DNA of 10,900 nucleotides from an uncultured Methanomicrobiales archaeon (lineage in GTDB: Archaea; Halobacteriota; Methanomicrobia; Methanomicrobiales; Methanospirillaceae), in NCBI GenBank assembly GCA_963758915.1, contig CAVWXH010000014.1, positions 1 to 10,900 of the forward strand, read 5' to 3'. Numbering within the stretch: the first letter of the stretch is position 1; each line of letters begins with the position of its first letter. Below the pieces are notes generated by a model. It saw nothing but the letters and a program-made list of their open reading frames with translations. It made no database searches and had not been told where the DNA came from. Of this stretch, positions 1-10,108 are shown piece after piece. Position numbers and translations under genes: made by a program.

Positions 1-849
<849 letters not shown>

Positions 850-927
850 GCACCTGCTCCCGTTACCGAAATGATTCGAAGTTTTCTCAAATAATATTGT
901 TGTTTTATAATATCAAACATACTTTTA

Positions 928-937
928 AAAAAGTGAA
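928..937 (-). terminator. Possible archaeal oligo-T terminator after gmd
   Basis: Minus strand TAA is followed immediately by TTCACTTTTT(T). A TATA-like TATTATAAAA (903-912) follows and could be an internal fcl promoter. Motif evidence only. Confidence 0.3.
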
Positions 938-1982
938 TTAATCCTTCTTCCACCACTTACCGGGGAATTTCTTCGCAAGGATCTCGTCTCCTTCACCAAG
1001 GGGTTCAAGACCAAGTGCCCGGACATCTGCATCGACCATGATTTTCACCAGGTCATGGAACTTGATCTTCGGTTTCCAGCCAAGTTTCTCGTTTGCCTTC
1101 CTTGGATCTGCAATTAAAACATCAACTTCAGTCGGCCGGAAATATTTCGGATCAATTTTTACAAACTTATCGACATCAAGCCCTGCATACTCGAAGGAGG
1201 CCGCGACAAATTCCTGGACTGAATGGGTCTCCCCTGTCCCGATAACATAATCGTCCGACCGGTTCTGCTGCATAATCAGCCACATGCATTCCACGTATTC
1301 AGGTGCAAACCCCCAGTCACGCTTCGCCTCCAGGTTGCCAAGATACAGGTACTTGTCCTTTTTTGCCAGGAGCCGGGCGATACTCCGGGTGATTTTTCTG
1401 GTCACAAATGTTTCTCCACGGCGGGGGGACTCATGGTTGAACAGGATCCCGTTGGATGCAAACATCTGGTACCCGTCACGGTAATTCTTCGTCATCCAGT
1501 AGGCATACAGCTTGGCACATGCATAGGGACTTCGTGGCTGAAAATTAGTTTCTTCATTCTGTGGAGGACAGGCAGATCCAAACAGTTCACTGCTCGAGGC
1601 CTGGTAAAATTTTACCTCTTTGTTACTCCGGCGCACAGCTTCAAGGATCCTGGTTGTCCCGAGCCCGGTTACATTTCCAGTATATTCCGGTGTGTCAAAA
1701 CTGACCCGGACATGACTCTGGGCCCCGAGGTGATAGATTTCATCGGGCCGGATATTGTACATAATTGATGAGAGTTGTTCAGAATCCGACAGATCACCAT
1801 AATGCAGGAAGATCTTTGCTTCAGGGTCATGCGGGTCGAGGAGGATATGATCAATCCTGCCCGTGTTAAATGAGGAGGACCTTCTGACCAGCCCGTGTAC
1901 CTCGTACCCTTTCGACTAAGAGGAGTTCAGCGAGATAAGACCCGTCCTGCCCTGTTATACCAGTAATTAATGCCTTCTTCAT
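938..1982 (-). CDS. gmd: GDP-mannose 4,6-dehydratase; one +1 frameshift at ~1916-1917; 347 aa when corrected
   Basis: True start is ATG at 1982: [21 protein letters not shown]. After removing one base it continues [19 protein letters not shown] into ORF 938..1762 ([51 protein letters not shown]). Confidence 0.96.
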
Positions 1983-1988
1983 CGGATG

Positions 1989-1993
1989 TCACC
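1989..1993 (-). promoter_or_regulatory. Shine-Dalgarno-like GGTGA upstream of gmd
   Basis: Minus strand reads CCGGTGAcatccgATG; GGTGA lies 6 nt before the start codon. Confidence 0.6.
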
Positions 1994-2509
1994 GGAATAG
2001 TTACTACATATATGAGATTTGGAACATATCAAACCTCCATCTGGTGGATTGATCATGGCGGTTCTGGATACTCTGGCGACGAAGTGGTGTAGTGTTTTTA
2101 AAATCACATCCGGTTAATGCCTGGCTCAAAAACCGCCTTCTTTTCATTCAGATTTTGATCGCTTTTTACAATGCAAATGCTCCAGACCCAAACGATCATA
2201 TTGTTCGGTGTCCTGGGGGGAGTTCGCAGACCACTGTTAAAATCTGGCCGGATAAGTATCAATATCAAAAAATCGTGATGAGTCTGATATAACGATGATA
2301 GTTCCTGTTTCATCATTAAATTTGAGTTAGAACAAGTCGGTTTGCCAGAATACGGCAGTATTCAGGGCTTTTATCAGCCTAATGCGGGGTCAGATAACCT
2401 TATTCAATGCTTCATAATTTACCCGATGATTGTATATTTATCCCGATATGGGGCTGTATGAAATAGCCACTAAACGTCGCTTATCGTGTTTTTAAGTTGT
2501 AGTTTTTTT

Positions 2510-2766
2510 GGCATTGTTGAGACCTTGCTTATTTAAAAAAAGAGGAAATGCCTTGACAGGAGGGGTTTCACTCCCTCCAAGTCCCGCCCCCAATAAGATA
2601 TTCATTGGCGGGATTCAATTGGGTATTTAAGAAAATTTCAGAGATATGGAATTATTCCCTATCCCATCCGGGGCCGCCAAAGCGGCGGGGAGGAAACCTG
2701 GAAGTATTACTAAATTTTCGAATAACCAAAATTCACAAAATAGATTGAGAGAGTTTCAATAAAACC
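2510..2766. mobile_element. Putative MITE (non-autonomous, IS5/IS903-like ends), 257 bp
   Basis: Left end GGCATTGTTGAGAC (2510-2523) and reverse-complemented right end GGTTTTATTGAAAC (2753-2766) match at 10/14. Both resemble the IS903 TIR start GGCTTTGTTGAA. Direct repeat GTTTTTTT abuts both ends (2502-2509 and 2767-2774). No ORF; GC-rich hairpin core. Confidence 0.7.
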
Positions 2767-2849
2767 GTTTTTTTTACATTTTTATTATAGACGCAGTCAT
2801 AGTGAGTATTCAGTGGGCCACCGGCGTCATAATGCTGCGGAATTAATCG

Positions 2850-3804
2850 TTAATTCAGAAAATTCATCGCTGATCCGGTATTATTTCTATACCATGCAAT
2901 CGTCTCTTTCAAACCCATTCGCAATGAAAAATCCGGAGTGAACAATTCCTTCTTCATTCTTGAAATATCTGCATAGGAGTGAAGGATATCGCCTTTTCTT
3001 GATGGGTTGTAGGTGGCCTGAACCGTCTTCTCCATCATTTCTGGAATCATCCTTGATAATTCATTGACACTTATCCTCTCTCCACTGGCGACATTAAAAA
3101 TACCATTCACCTGATTTCTCCATCGCACATAAGTTTGCCTTCACTACATCGCGGACGTAAATAAAATCCCTCGTTTGCGAGCCGTCGCCAAAAATCAGGG
3201 GAGCCTGGTCATTCAATATCCTTGTAATAAATTTTGGAATAACCGCTGCATACGCAGAGGTTGGGTCCTGCCCGGGACCATACACATTAAAATATCGCAG
3301 GGCAACAAAGTCCAGGCCATATGACCGGGAAAAAACAGGCCCCAGGTATTCCGCTGCCAATTTAGACAGTGCATACGGGGATTTGGGTTCCGGAAACATT
3401 TCTTCACGTTTTGGTAATTCCGGGTTATCACCATATACTGCAGAACTCGAAGCAACAACCACCTTCTTTATCCCACAATCACGTGCTGCAACAAGGACAT
3501 TTAGTGTACCCATTACATTGATTTCAGCTGTTTCTATTGGGTGTTCAACTGACCAGGGAACGGAGACTATTGCAGCCTCATGAAAAACACCATCCGCTCC
3601 TTCAAAAGACCTGTTCAGGAGGTCAAGGTCAGTAATACTGCCTTCTGCCAGGGTTACCCGACCAGTCGACAGGACATTCCGGATATTTTCCCGCTTTCCT
3701 GATGAAAGGTTATCAATAACCGTTACTTCATGGCCCAATTCAACCAGGGTGTTGGTAATATGCGACCCGATAAACCCTGCCCCACCAGTGACAATATAAT
3801 GCAT
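2850..3804 (-). CDS. Extended-SDR NAD-dependent epimerase, WbpP-like UDP-N-acetylhexosamine 4-epimerase; one +1 frameshift at ~3110-3117; 317 aa when corrected
   Basis: TGGAGFIG, FHEAAIVSVP, ASSSAVYG, SPYALSK, LRYFNVYGPGQDP..YAAVIPKF and GDGSQTRDFIYV. The C-terminal part (NGIFNVASG...RKGDILHSYADIS...GLKETIAWY) is in ORF 2850..3128. Confidence 0.88.
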
Positions 3805-3830
3805 TCGCAGGAGAATATTGACTTATATTG

Positions 3831-3839
3831 CTATAATAA
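3831..3839 (-). promoter_or_regulatory. Possible TATA box for the epimerase gene
   Basis: Minus strand TTATTATAG lies ~27-35 nt upstream of ATG 3804 and no SD is visible, which is compatible with a short-leader archaeal transcript. Motif evidence only. Confidence 0.3.
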
Positions 3840-3943
3840 CAGTGGTTTGCTGATTGGAATTAGGCTGACAAACCTCGTTCTTAAAGAATCTTCAAAATTG
3901 GAAATACAATCGAACCTGCAGTCATTTTTTGAATAGACCAGGA

Positions 3944-5685
3944 TCACTCCACCGTCACACTCTTCGCAAGGTTCCTTGGCTTATCAATGTCTCTCCCCAG
4001 TGAGTCCGCAGTCCGGTATGCAAGGAGTTGCAGTACCACCGTTGCCATAAGCACCTGTTCCATCAGGCCACCTTTGGGAAGCCCGATGTAGACATCGGCA
4101 ATATCTGCAAGTTCATCATCGCCGGCAGCCCCGATCACTACCACGGGAGTCCCTCTTGCCTTCATCTCCTTGATATTCGAGACCATGACCCCATAGGTAG
4201 CACCCGGGCATGCATATCGCGACCACCGGTGTCTTCGGAGACAATAGTGCAAACGGCCCGTGCTTAATCTCTCCTGCTGCATATCCCTTCTGCATGGATA
4301 TAGGAGATCTCCTTCATTTTCAGGGCACCTTCGAGCGCCACCGCATAGAACGGGCCCCGTCCGACAAAGAATATATGATCTGCTCCATTGCAGACCTGGA
4401 CTGCAGTACTCAGATCGAGGAGCAGCACCTCCTCAATCGCCCGGTTAGCGCGGAAAATCTCTTCGGAAAATTTTCCGCCGGAGAGGTGATTTACACATTG
4501 CATCAGGACAGCGAGTTCTGCAATAAAAGACTTTGTTGCGGCCACGCTGATCTCGGGACCCGCACGCATATACAGCGTTTCATCGGCAATCCGTGTGACC
4601 GTACTCCCGAGGACATTCGTAATGGCGAGGGTCGGACAATTATGGACCTTCGCCTTTTTCAGGGCGGCAAGCGTATCGGCAGTCTCCCCAGACTGGGTGA
4701 TCCCGATCACCAGTTCCGTCACAGGGGGTGTGAAATACTTGAACTCTGACCCAAGTTCCAGCCTGACAGGGATATGACATGCTTCTTCCAGCAGGTACTT
4801 GAATACCATCCCGGCATGGTAGGAAGTCCCGCAGGCGACCACCATCGCACCCTTGCACCTGGCCAGACCATCCGGGACCGTCTCAACTGATCGAATGGTA
4901 TCTGAGAAAACATGGGGCTGCTCGTAGATCTCCTTCAGCATGAAATGCTTGAACCCGCCTTTTTTTGCGTCGCCGACACTCCAGTCAATCAGCTCGACCT
5001 TCCGGGTCACTTCCACCCCGCCAGAATAAATACAGGCATTATCAGGGGTGATCACGGCAATATCCCCATCTTCGAGGAACATCATGCGCTCAGTATGATC
5101 AAGGAGCGGGGTCATGTCGGATGCAGCAAACATCTCGCCATCGCCAACACCGAGGACCAGCGGGCTGCTCTCCCGGGCAGCGATGATACGGTCATCCCCT
5201 TCGGCCATCACAAGAAGGGCATACGATCCGGATAGTTTGGGGAGTACGGCCTTCATCGCCTCGAAAAGATCACCCGTATACTCCTCCTCAAGAAGGTGGG
5301 CGATTACTTCGGTATCTGTTTCAGAAGAGAAGGTATGCCCCCTTGAGACAAGTTCTCTTTTTAATTCGGCATAATTTTCGATAATCCCGTTATGGACCAC
5401 CGCAATTTGTTTCCGGCAGTCAAAATGCGGGTGTGCATTGACATCATTCGGGACACCGTGAGTAGCCCAGCGTGTGTGCCCGATCCCCATGGTACCCTTC
5501 AGCATCGACGCCGCTTTTTCAGCCTCCGAGATCCTTCCCTGACGTTTGTAGCAGTCGATTGACTTCCCGTTACTTTTCGTTGCAACCCCGAATGAGTCAT
5601 ACCCACGGTATTCCAGTTTTTTTAACCCTTCGACAACAATGGGGGCAGCAGGCCTGTACCCGGTATACCCGACGATGCCACACAC
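3944..5685 (-). CDS. glmS: Glutamine-fructose-6-phosphate transaminase (isomerizing); two +1 frameshifts (4285-4287 and 4203-4208); 579 aa when corrected; GTG start
   Basis: MCGIVG (catalytic Cys1), [60 protein letters not shown] and [16 protein letters not shown]. The segment [14 protein letters not shown] lies in a third frame. C-terminus [18 protein letters not shown] at 5692-5696 precedes the GTG. Confidence 0.97.
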
Positions 5686-5686
5686 G

Positions 5687-6847
5687 TTATATCACCAGGG
5701 TGTTGTCAGGAATGGTTACACCCGATAGGTCCCTTTGCTCGTGCCCGACAATAACTCCGTTGCCGATAATACTCCCCCGAATCGTGCTGAAGGCTGCAGC
5801 ACTCACCTGGTCGCCGATAATCGCACCGAAAGCGGCTTTTACCAGGCACCCTTCTATCTCGATCACACTTTCACGGGACCCGATCCCGGTATGGTCTGCC
5901 AGCCTCGTCCCTTCACCAATCACGCTATCGGTAACACGGGTATGAGATCCTAGCGACACATCGTCCATTATCAGGGCATTACCGATATAACTGAAGGGCT
6001 CGATGTTCCCCCTTGCACCGATACTTGTATTGGGCATAATACAGCAGTGGGCCCCAATCTCAGAATCCTTCCCAATCACGACAGGTCCCGTGATCACCGT
6101 ATAGGGGCCTATAGTCACCCCTTTCCCGATGTCTCACGGCTCCCTGGATAATGGCAGATTTATGAATGGTCCCGTTTTTTTCTGGGACTATACCACAAAG
6201 AAGCCGTTCATTCATGCGGATCAGGTCCCATGGATACAGGGCGTCCTGCCAGTCTTCTGCGCTGACTGCCTGTATCTTAACCCCTTCTGCAATCATGCAC
6301 CCGATCGTTTCTGTCAGGTCATTGCTCTTAATGTAGCGAAACACATCCCGGGTTAGTGAAAAGATCCCGGTACTGACCGTAAATGAGGGGGAGTGTTCCG
6401 GCTTTTCCACATATTTCAGTCACAAACCCTTTACGAATTGTCACCACACCAAAATTAGACGGGTTCGGATGGTCTTTGACAAGCATCGCATTTTCTGTCT
6501 TTGCGATCTTTGCAACAGAGACCGGGTCAATATAATTGTCACCCGGGAGCAGGAGAAAATTACCTTGTATCAGCGGTTCAGCACATTTCAATGCATGTGC
6601 AGTACCCAAGTTGTTTTTCCTGGACCACGACCTTAATACCAGGGTCAAGTTCATTCAGGAACCGGGTCACCTGCTCTTTCCGGTAGCCGGCAACAACGAT
6701 GATGTCCCTGATCCCGGCTAGATGAAGCGCCCGGATTGCATATTCAATAATCGGGCGGTTCGCAACGGGTATCAGCCCTTTCGGCCTGCTTTTTGTGAGA
6801 GGCCGGACCCGCGTTCCTTCCCCTGCTGCAAGAATAACTGCCTGCAT
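5687..6847 (-). CDS. Sugar-phosphate nucleotidyltransferase with C-terminal hexapeptide (LbH) repeats, paralog of the upstream gene; three +1 frameshifts (6605-6607, ~6411-6412, ~6131-6134); 385 aa when corrected
   Basis: Four consecutive ORF pieces join into MQAVILAAGEGTRVRPLT..PK..QEKQLGTAHAL..LLLPGDN..FGVV..VEKP..TGIF..YPWDL..IGKGVTIGPYTVITGPVVIG. Strong RBS GGAGGAG at 6852-6858. Confidence 0.9.
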
Positions 6848-6851
6848 GTGA

Positions 6852-6858
6852 CTCCTCC
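6852..6858 (-). promoter_or_regulatory. Ribosome-binding site GGAGGAG overlapping the upstream TAG stop
   Basis: Minus strand reads TAGGAGGAGtcacATG. Confidence 0.7.
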
Positions 6859-8057
6859 TATTTTACCTGTGAATCTTCGCCGATATATCCTTCAAGGAAT
6901 GAATGGGGTGCGATTTTTGTATTCGCCCCTACAACGGTCCCGACATTCAGCGAGCAATTTATCCCGAACTGCACCCCGTCACCGACCACGACACCGAATT
7001 TTTTCAGGCGGGTGTCCTTTCCCCGCACTTTGACGGTGGCACGGTCATGACGAAGGTTTGCCACCTTGGTCCCGGCCCCGAAGTTACACCGGCTCCCGAC
7101 AATGCTGTCGCCGATGTAGTTAAAGTGGGGGATTTTCGTATCTGCCATGATAACAGAGTTTTTTATCTCGGTGGAATGCCCGATATGGCAGCCATCACCT
7201 ATCGAGGTCGATCCCCTGATATATGCATGAGGGCCGATACTGCAGTTCTTTCCGATCGAGCAGGTGCCTTCGATATAGGTCCCTGACTTGATCACGCTTC
7301 CTTCCCCAAGCGTGAACTTGCCATGGACCGTGACACCCACTTCAATTTCTCCTTCACACAATGGAACCATCTCGTCAAGCATCGATGCATTCGCAGCAAG
7401 AAGGTCCCAGGGATACCCGACGTCCATCCAGTACTGAAGTGGGTAGGCATGGAGTTGTTTCCGGTCGATCAACACGGCCAGCGCATCGGTAAGTTCGAGC
7501 TCGCCCCGGGAAGACACCTGCACTTCATCCACGAGTTCGAATATCCCGGGATCGAAAAGGTAGACCCCGGCATTGATCATATCACTTTTCGGATGCTCTG
7601 ATTTCTCTTCAAGGGCGATGATCATACCACCCTCTTCAATGACCACGCCATAGTCCTTTGGATGATCTGAATGGAATATACCTACACAGGGGGCCGTTCC
7701 ATTGACAATCTCACGGAGGTCGCCTGTTTTTAAGACCATGTCGCCGTTCAGCAACAAGAACCTGCCTTTTACAAGCCCCCGGGCAGCATTGAGTGCATCA
7801 GCAGTCCCCATCTGCGTCCTCTGGGTGACATACCTGATTGTTACCCCGAGGTGGGAACCATCAGAAAAATGATGCCTGATCTCACGTTCCCCGTATCCCA
7901 CGACGAAAATAAATTCGTTGATACCGGCATCCCTTGCTGCGATAAGAAGGTGCTCAACCATCGGCCTGTTCCCGATGGGTAGCATCACCTTCGGCCTTGA
8001 TGCAGTGAGGGGCCGCATCCTCTTTCCTTCTCCGGCAGCAAGGACGACGCATTGCAT
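6858..8057 (-). CDS. glmU: Archaeal bifunctional sugar-1-phosphate nucleotidyltransferase/amino-sugar-1-phosphate acetyltransferase (GlmU-like), 399 aa, intact
   Basis: Likely start is ATG 8057 (MQCVVLAAGEGKRMRPLT..PK); the ORF-track start at 8207 overlaps glmM. LLLNGD, EEK, RGELELTD and YPWDLL are present. The LbH domain has PHFNYIGDS..CNFGAGT..AN, matching the GlmU acetyltransferase His/Tyr/Asn pattern. Sits between glmM and glmS. Confidence 0.88.
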   Translation of the reverse strand: MQCVVLAAGEGKRMRPLTASRPKVMLPIGNRPMVEHLLIAARDAGINEFIFVVGYGEREIRHHFSDGSHLGVTIRYVTQRTQMGTADALNAARGLVKGRFLLLNGDMVLKTGDLREIVNGTAPCVGIFHSDHPKDYGVVIEEGGMIIALEEKSEHPKSDMINAGVYLFDPGIFELVDEVQVSSRGELELTDALAVLIDRKQLHAYPLQYWMDVGYPWDLLAANASMLDEMVPLCEGEIEVGVTVHGKFTLGEGSVIKSGTYIEGTCSIGKNCSIGPHAYIRGSTSIGDGCHIGHSTEIKNSVIMADTKIPHFNYIGDSIVGSRCNFGAGTKVANLRHDRATVKVRGKDTRLKKFGVVVGDGVQFGINCSLNVGTVVGANTKIAPHSFLEGYIGEDSQVK

Positions 8058-8080
8058 AGATATACCGTTATCCTGGAGGG

Positions 8081-9332
8081 TTAAGCAGTTTTCCCTTTCC
8101 TGACAAGTTCCTGGCCTCGTTCCATCATCTCTTTCGCTTTCTGAATCGTCCTGCCTTCCGCAGTAAACCTTATTTTTGGTTCGGTACCGCTGGCCCGGAC
8201 CAGGCACCAGCCATCTTCGGAGGATAACCGTACACCGTCGGTAGGGTTACCTGCACCGATCGCAAGAAGCACCTCCCGTGAGTCAGGCCGGCTGACAGAT
8301 TCCCTGATAACAGGGTAATGTGGCATTGCATCAAGTGTATCTGCAACGTTCCATTCACCTGCAATTTCACAGAACAATGCCGCAGCATACGGCCCGTCAG
8401 GACAATACGACTGCCTGGGAAAGATCCACGCCCCCGAAGGCTCTCCCCCGAATTCGCCCCAGGAAAGGAGTTCTTCCGAGACAAAACTATCCCCGACCGG
8501 CGTCCGTCTTACTTCTGCCATTTCTTCAATGGCCATTGAAGCGTCCACCGTGGTGACAACTTTCTTTGCCCCGAGATAGGACGTAAAAAGCATGAGGAGG
8601 TGGTCCCCATCGATATAACGGCATTTTTCATCGAATGCCATCATCCGGTCAGCATCACCGTCGTGGACAACGGCAACTTTCGCACCGGTCGTCTTCATCA
8701 AGCCCGGAATGAATTGCAGGTTGGATTCAACAGGTTCTGATGGTCTGGCAAAATGACCATCGGGATGGCAGTTGAGACATACCGGAGTCACTCCAAGACC
8801 TGAAAGTAGCCCGGGAGAAACGGTGCTTCCCGCCCCGCAACCACAGTCAAGAACAACCTTAAATTCATGGTTAACATTCAGTTTTTCCAGAACTGATTCC
8901 GTGTACGGGTTGATTGCCTCAAAAAATGACAGTTCCCCCTGTCCTGCCCAGTCAGACCAGTTGAGTGGTTTCAATCTTCCTGGACAGGGATTCCTGTTGG
9001 ATTTTGGTAAACGAGGACCCGTCAGGGTTGAAAAGTTTCAGGCCATTATATTCTTCAGGATTATGGGACGCGGTGACCATGCAACCCGTTGACGCATGAC
9101 GCGCTGCATACGCAACCACAGGAGTTGGTACTATTCCTGCATCCCACACATCCCCACCCGATGAGAGGACCCCGGAAATCAGCGCATTTGAGATGATACT
9201 ATTCGTGGTCCTTGTATCAGTACCAAGAATAATGGTATCCCCGCGATTTCCTAGAGCTGCCCCGGTTTGCAGAGCTATCCGGATAAGATCGTGATCAAAC
9301 CTGCGTCGTATCCCCGAAGAGCCGAAGAGCAT
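8081..9332 (-). CDS. glmM: Phosphoglucosamine mutase / alpha-D-phosphohexomutase; one +1 frameshift at ~8964-8975; 416 aa when corrected
   Basis: MLFGSSGIR, DTR, PTP, TASHNP (phosphoserine), NGLKLF, DGDADR (metal loop), TPVG, GGEPSG, DG and VRASGTEPKIR..AE. Adjacent to glmU/glmS. Substrate is assigned from context. Confidence 0.85.
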
Positions 9333-9411
9333 GGATATGTATCCGATTTTTACTGAAATAGAGTTATCCTCTGATATTGAAGGATAAACATGATACTGTT
9401 TTTTTACAAGA

Positions 9412-9987
9412 CTATTGAGGTATTAGAAGGCATTTCAACACACGCAGATCCTCCTCAAACACCTGCCTCCTTTCAACAATTTCCACCCTGTATCCTGCAC
9501 CTTCAAAAATATCGAGGGTAGCGTCTATCCCGGTGAGAGATGAGATAAGCAGGAGTATCCGTCCACCTGGAGCCAGTACTCTTCCAGCCTCATTGGCAAG
9601 CCGTTCAATAACAACCCGCCCATTCCTCCCACCATCCAGGGCATATTCCAGCCAGTCATCAATCTTTTCTTCATCGAGGGTTGGCAGGTAGGGTGGATTA
9701 AAGATCACAAGATCAAACGGCCCGCGAAGCCCACGTGCAAGGTCTGTTCTTACGACCTCAACACCCTTCTGCTTCGCTGCACATACCGCATGGGGATTGA
9801 TATCAGTTGCAATCACATCTGCGACTTCGTTTAGGGCAGCAGAAATATACCCGCTCCCGGTCCCGATTTCCAGTACCTTTTCACCAGGCCGGATTTCTTT
9901 GAGTGCTGCCTCAAGAAGAAGATAAGTGTCCGCTTCAGGAGAATAGACCTGTCTAGGATCGTATATACCATTCCAGTCCGGTTTCAT
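9412..9987 (-). CDS. HemK2/Mtq2-family SAM-dependent protein (release factor glutamine) methyltransferase, 191 aa, intact
   Basis: VYSPEADTYLL, VLEIGTGSG (motif I), ATDINPHA, FDLVIFNPPYLP, ALDGG..GR and L.PGGRILLLISS, typical of the archaeal/eukaryotic HemK2 type. Confidence 0.92.
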   Translation of the reverse strand: MKPDWNGIYDPRQVYSPEADTYLLLEAALKEIRPGEKVLEIGTGSGYISAALNEVADVIATDINPHAVCAAKQKGVEVVRTDLARGLRGPFDLVIFNPPYLPTLDEEKIDDWLEYALDGGRNGRVVIERLANEAGRVLAPGGRILLLISSLTGIDATLDIFEGAGYRVEIVERRQVFEEDLRVLKCLLIPQ

Positions 9988-10108
9988 AGGGGGTTACCAG
10001 AATTACGTATCATTCCTGGAATTTCATACCAATTTTTGAATACATATCTCCACCTTGCTGAGATTGCCTTTGCCATCTGCTCCAGAAATGCCTGACAGTG
10101 AAGATGGC

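Noticed and set aside
921-934. Palindrome ACTTTTAAAAAAGT after gmd as a hairpin terminator or operator
   Set aside because: Almost entirely A/T and low complexity, so expected by chance in this spacer.
5686-5760. glmS ribozyme or an intein in GlmS
   Set aside because: glmS starts 1 nt after the upstream stop, leaving no leader. The corrected 579 aa protein is collinear with ordinary GlmS.
8058-8207. 50 aa N-terminal extension of the GlmU-like ORF
   Set aside because: It overlaps the glmM 3' end in another frame, and the family N-terminus begins at MQCVVLAAG (8057).
10004-10095. Plus-strand TYHS/ISYQFLNTYL faintly like an IS1595 transposase C-terminus
   Set aside because: Too short, needs a frameshift, lacks the following EF.FR.N motif and has no TIR.
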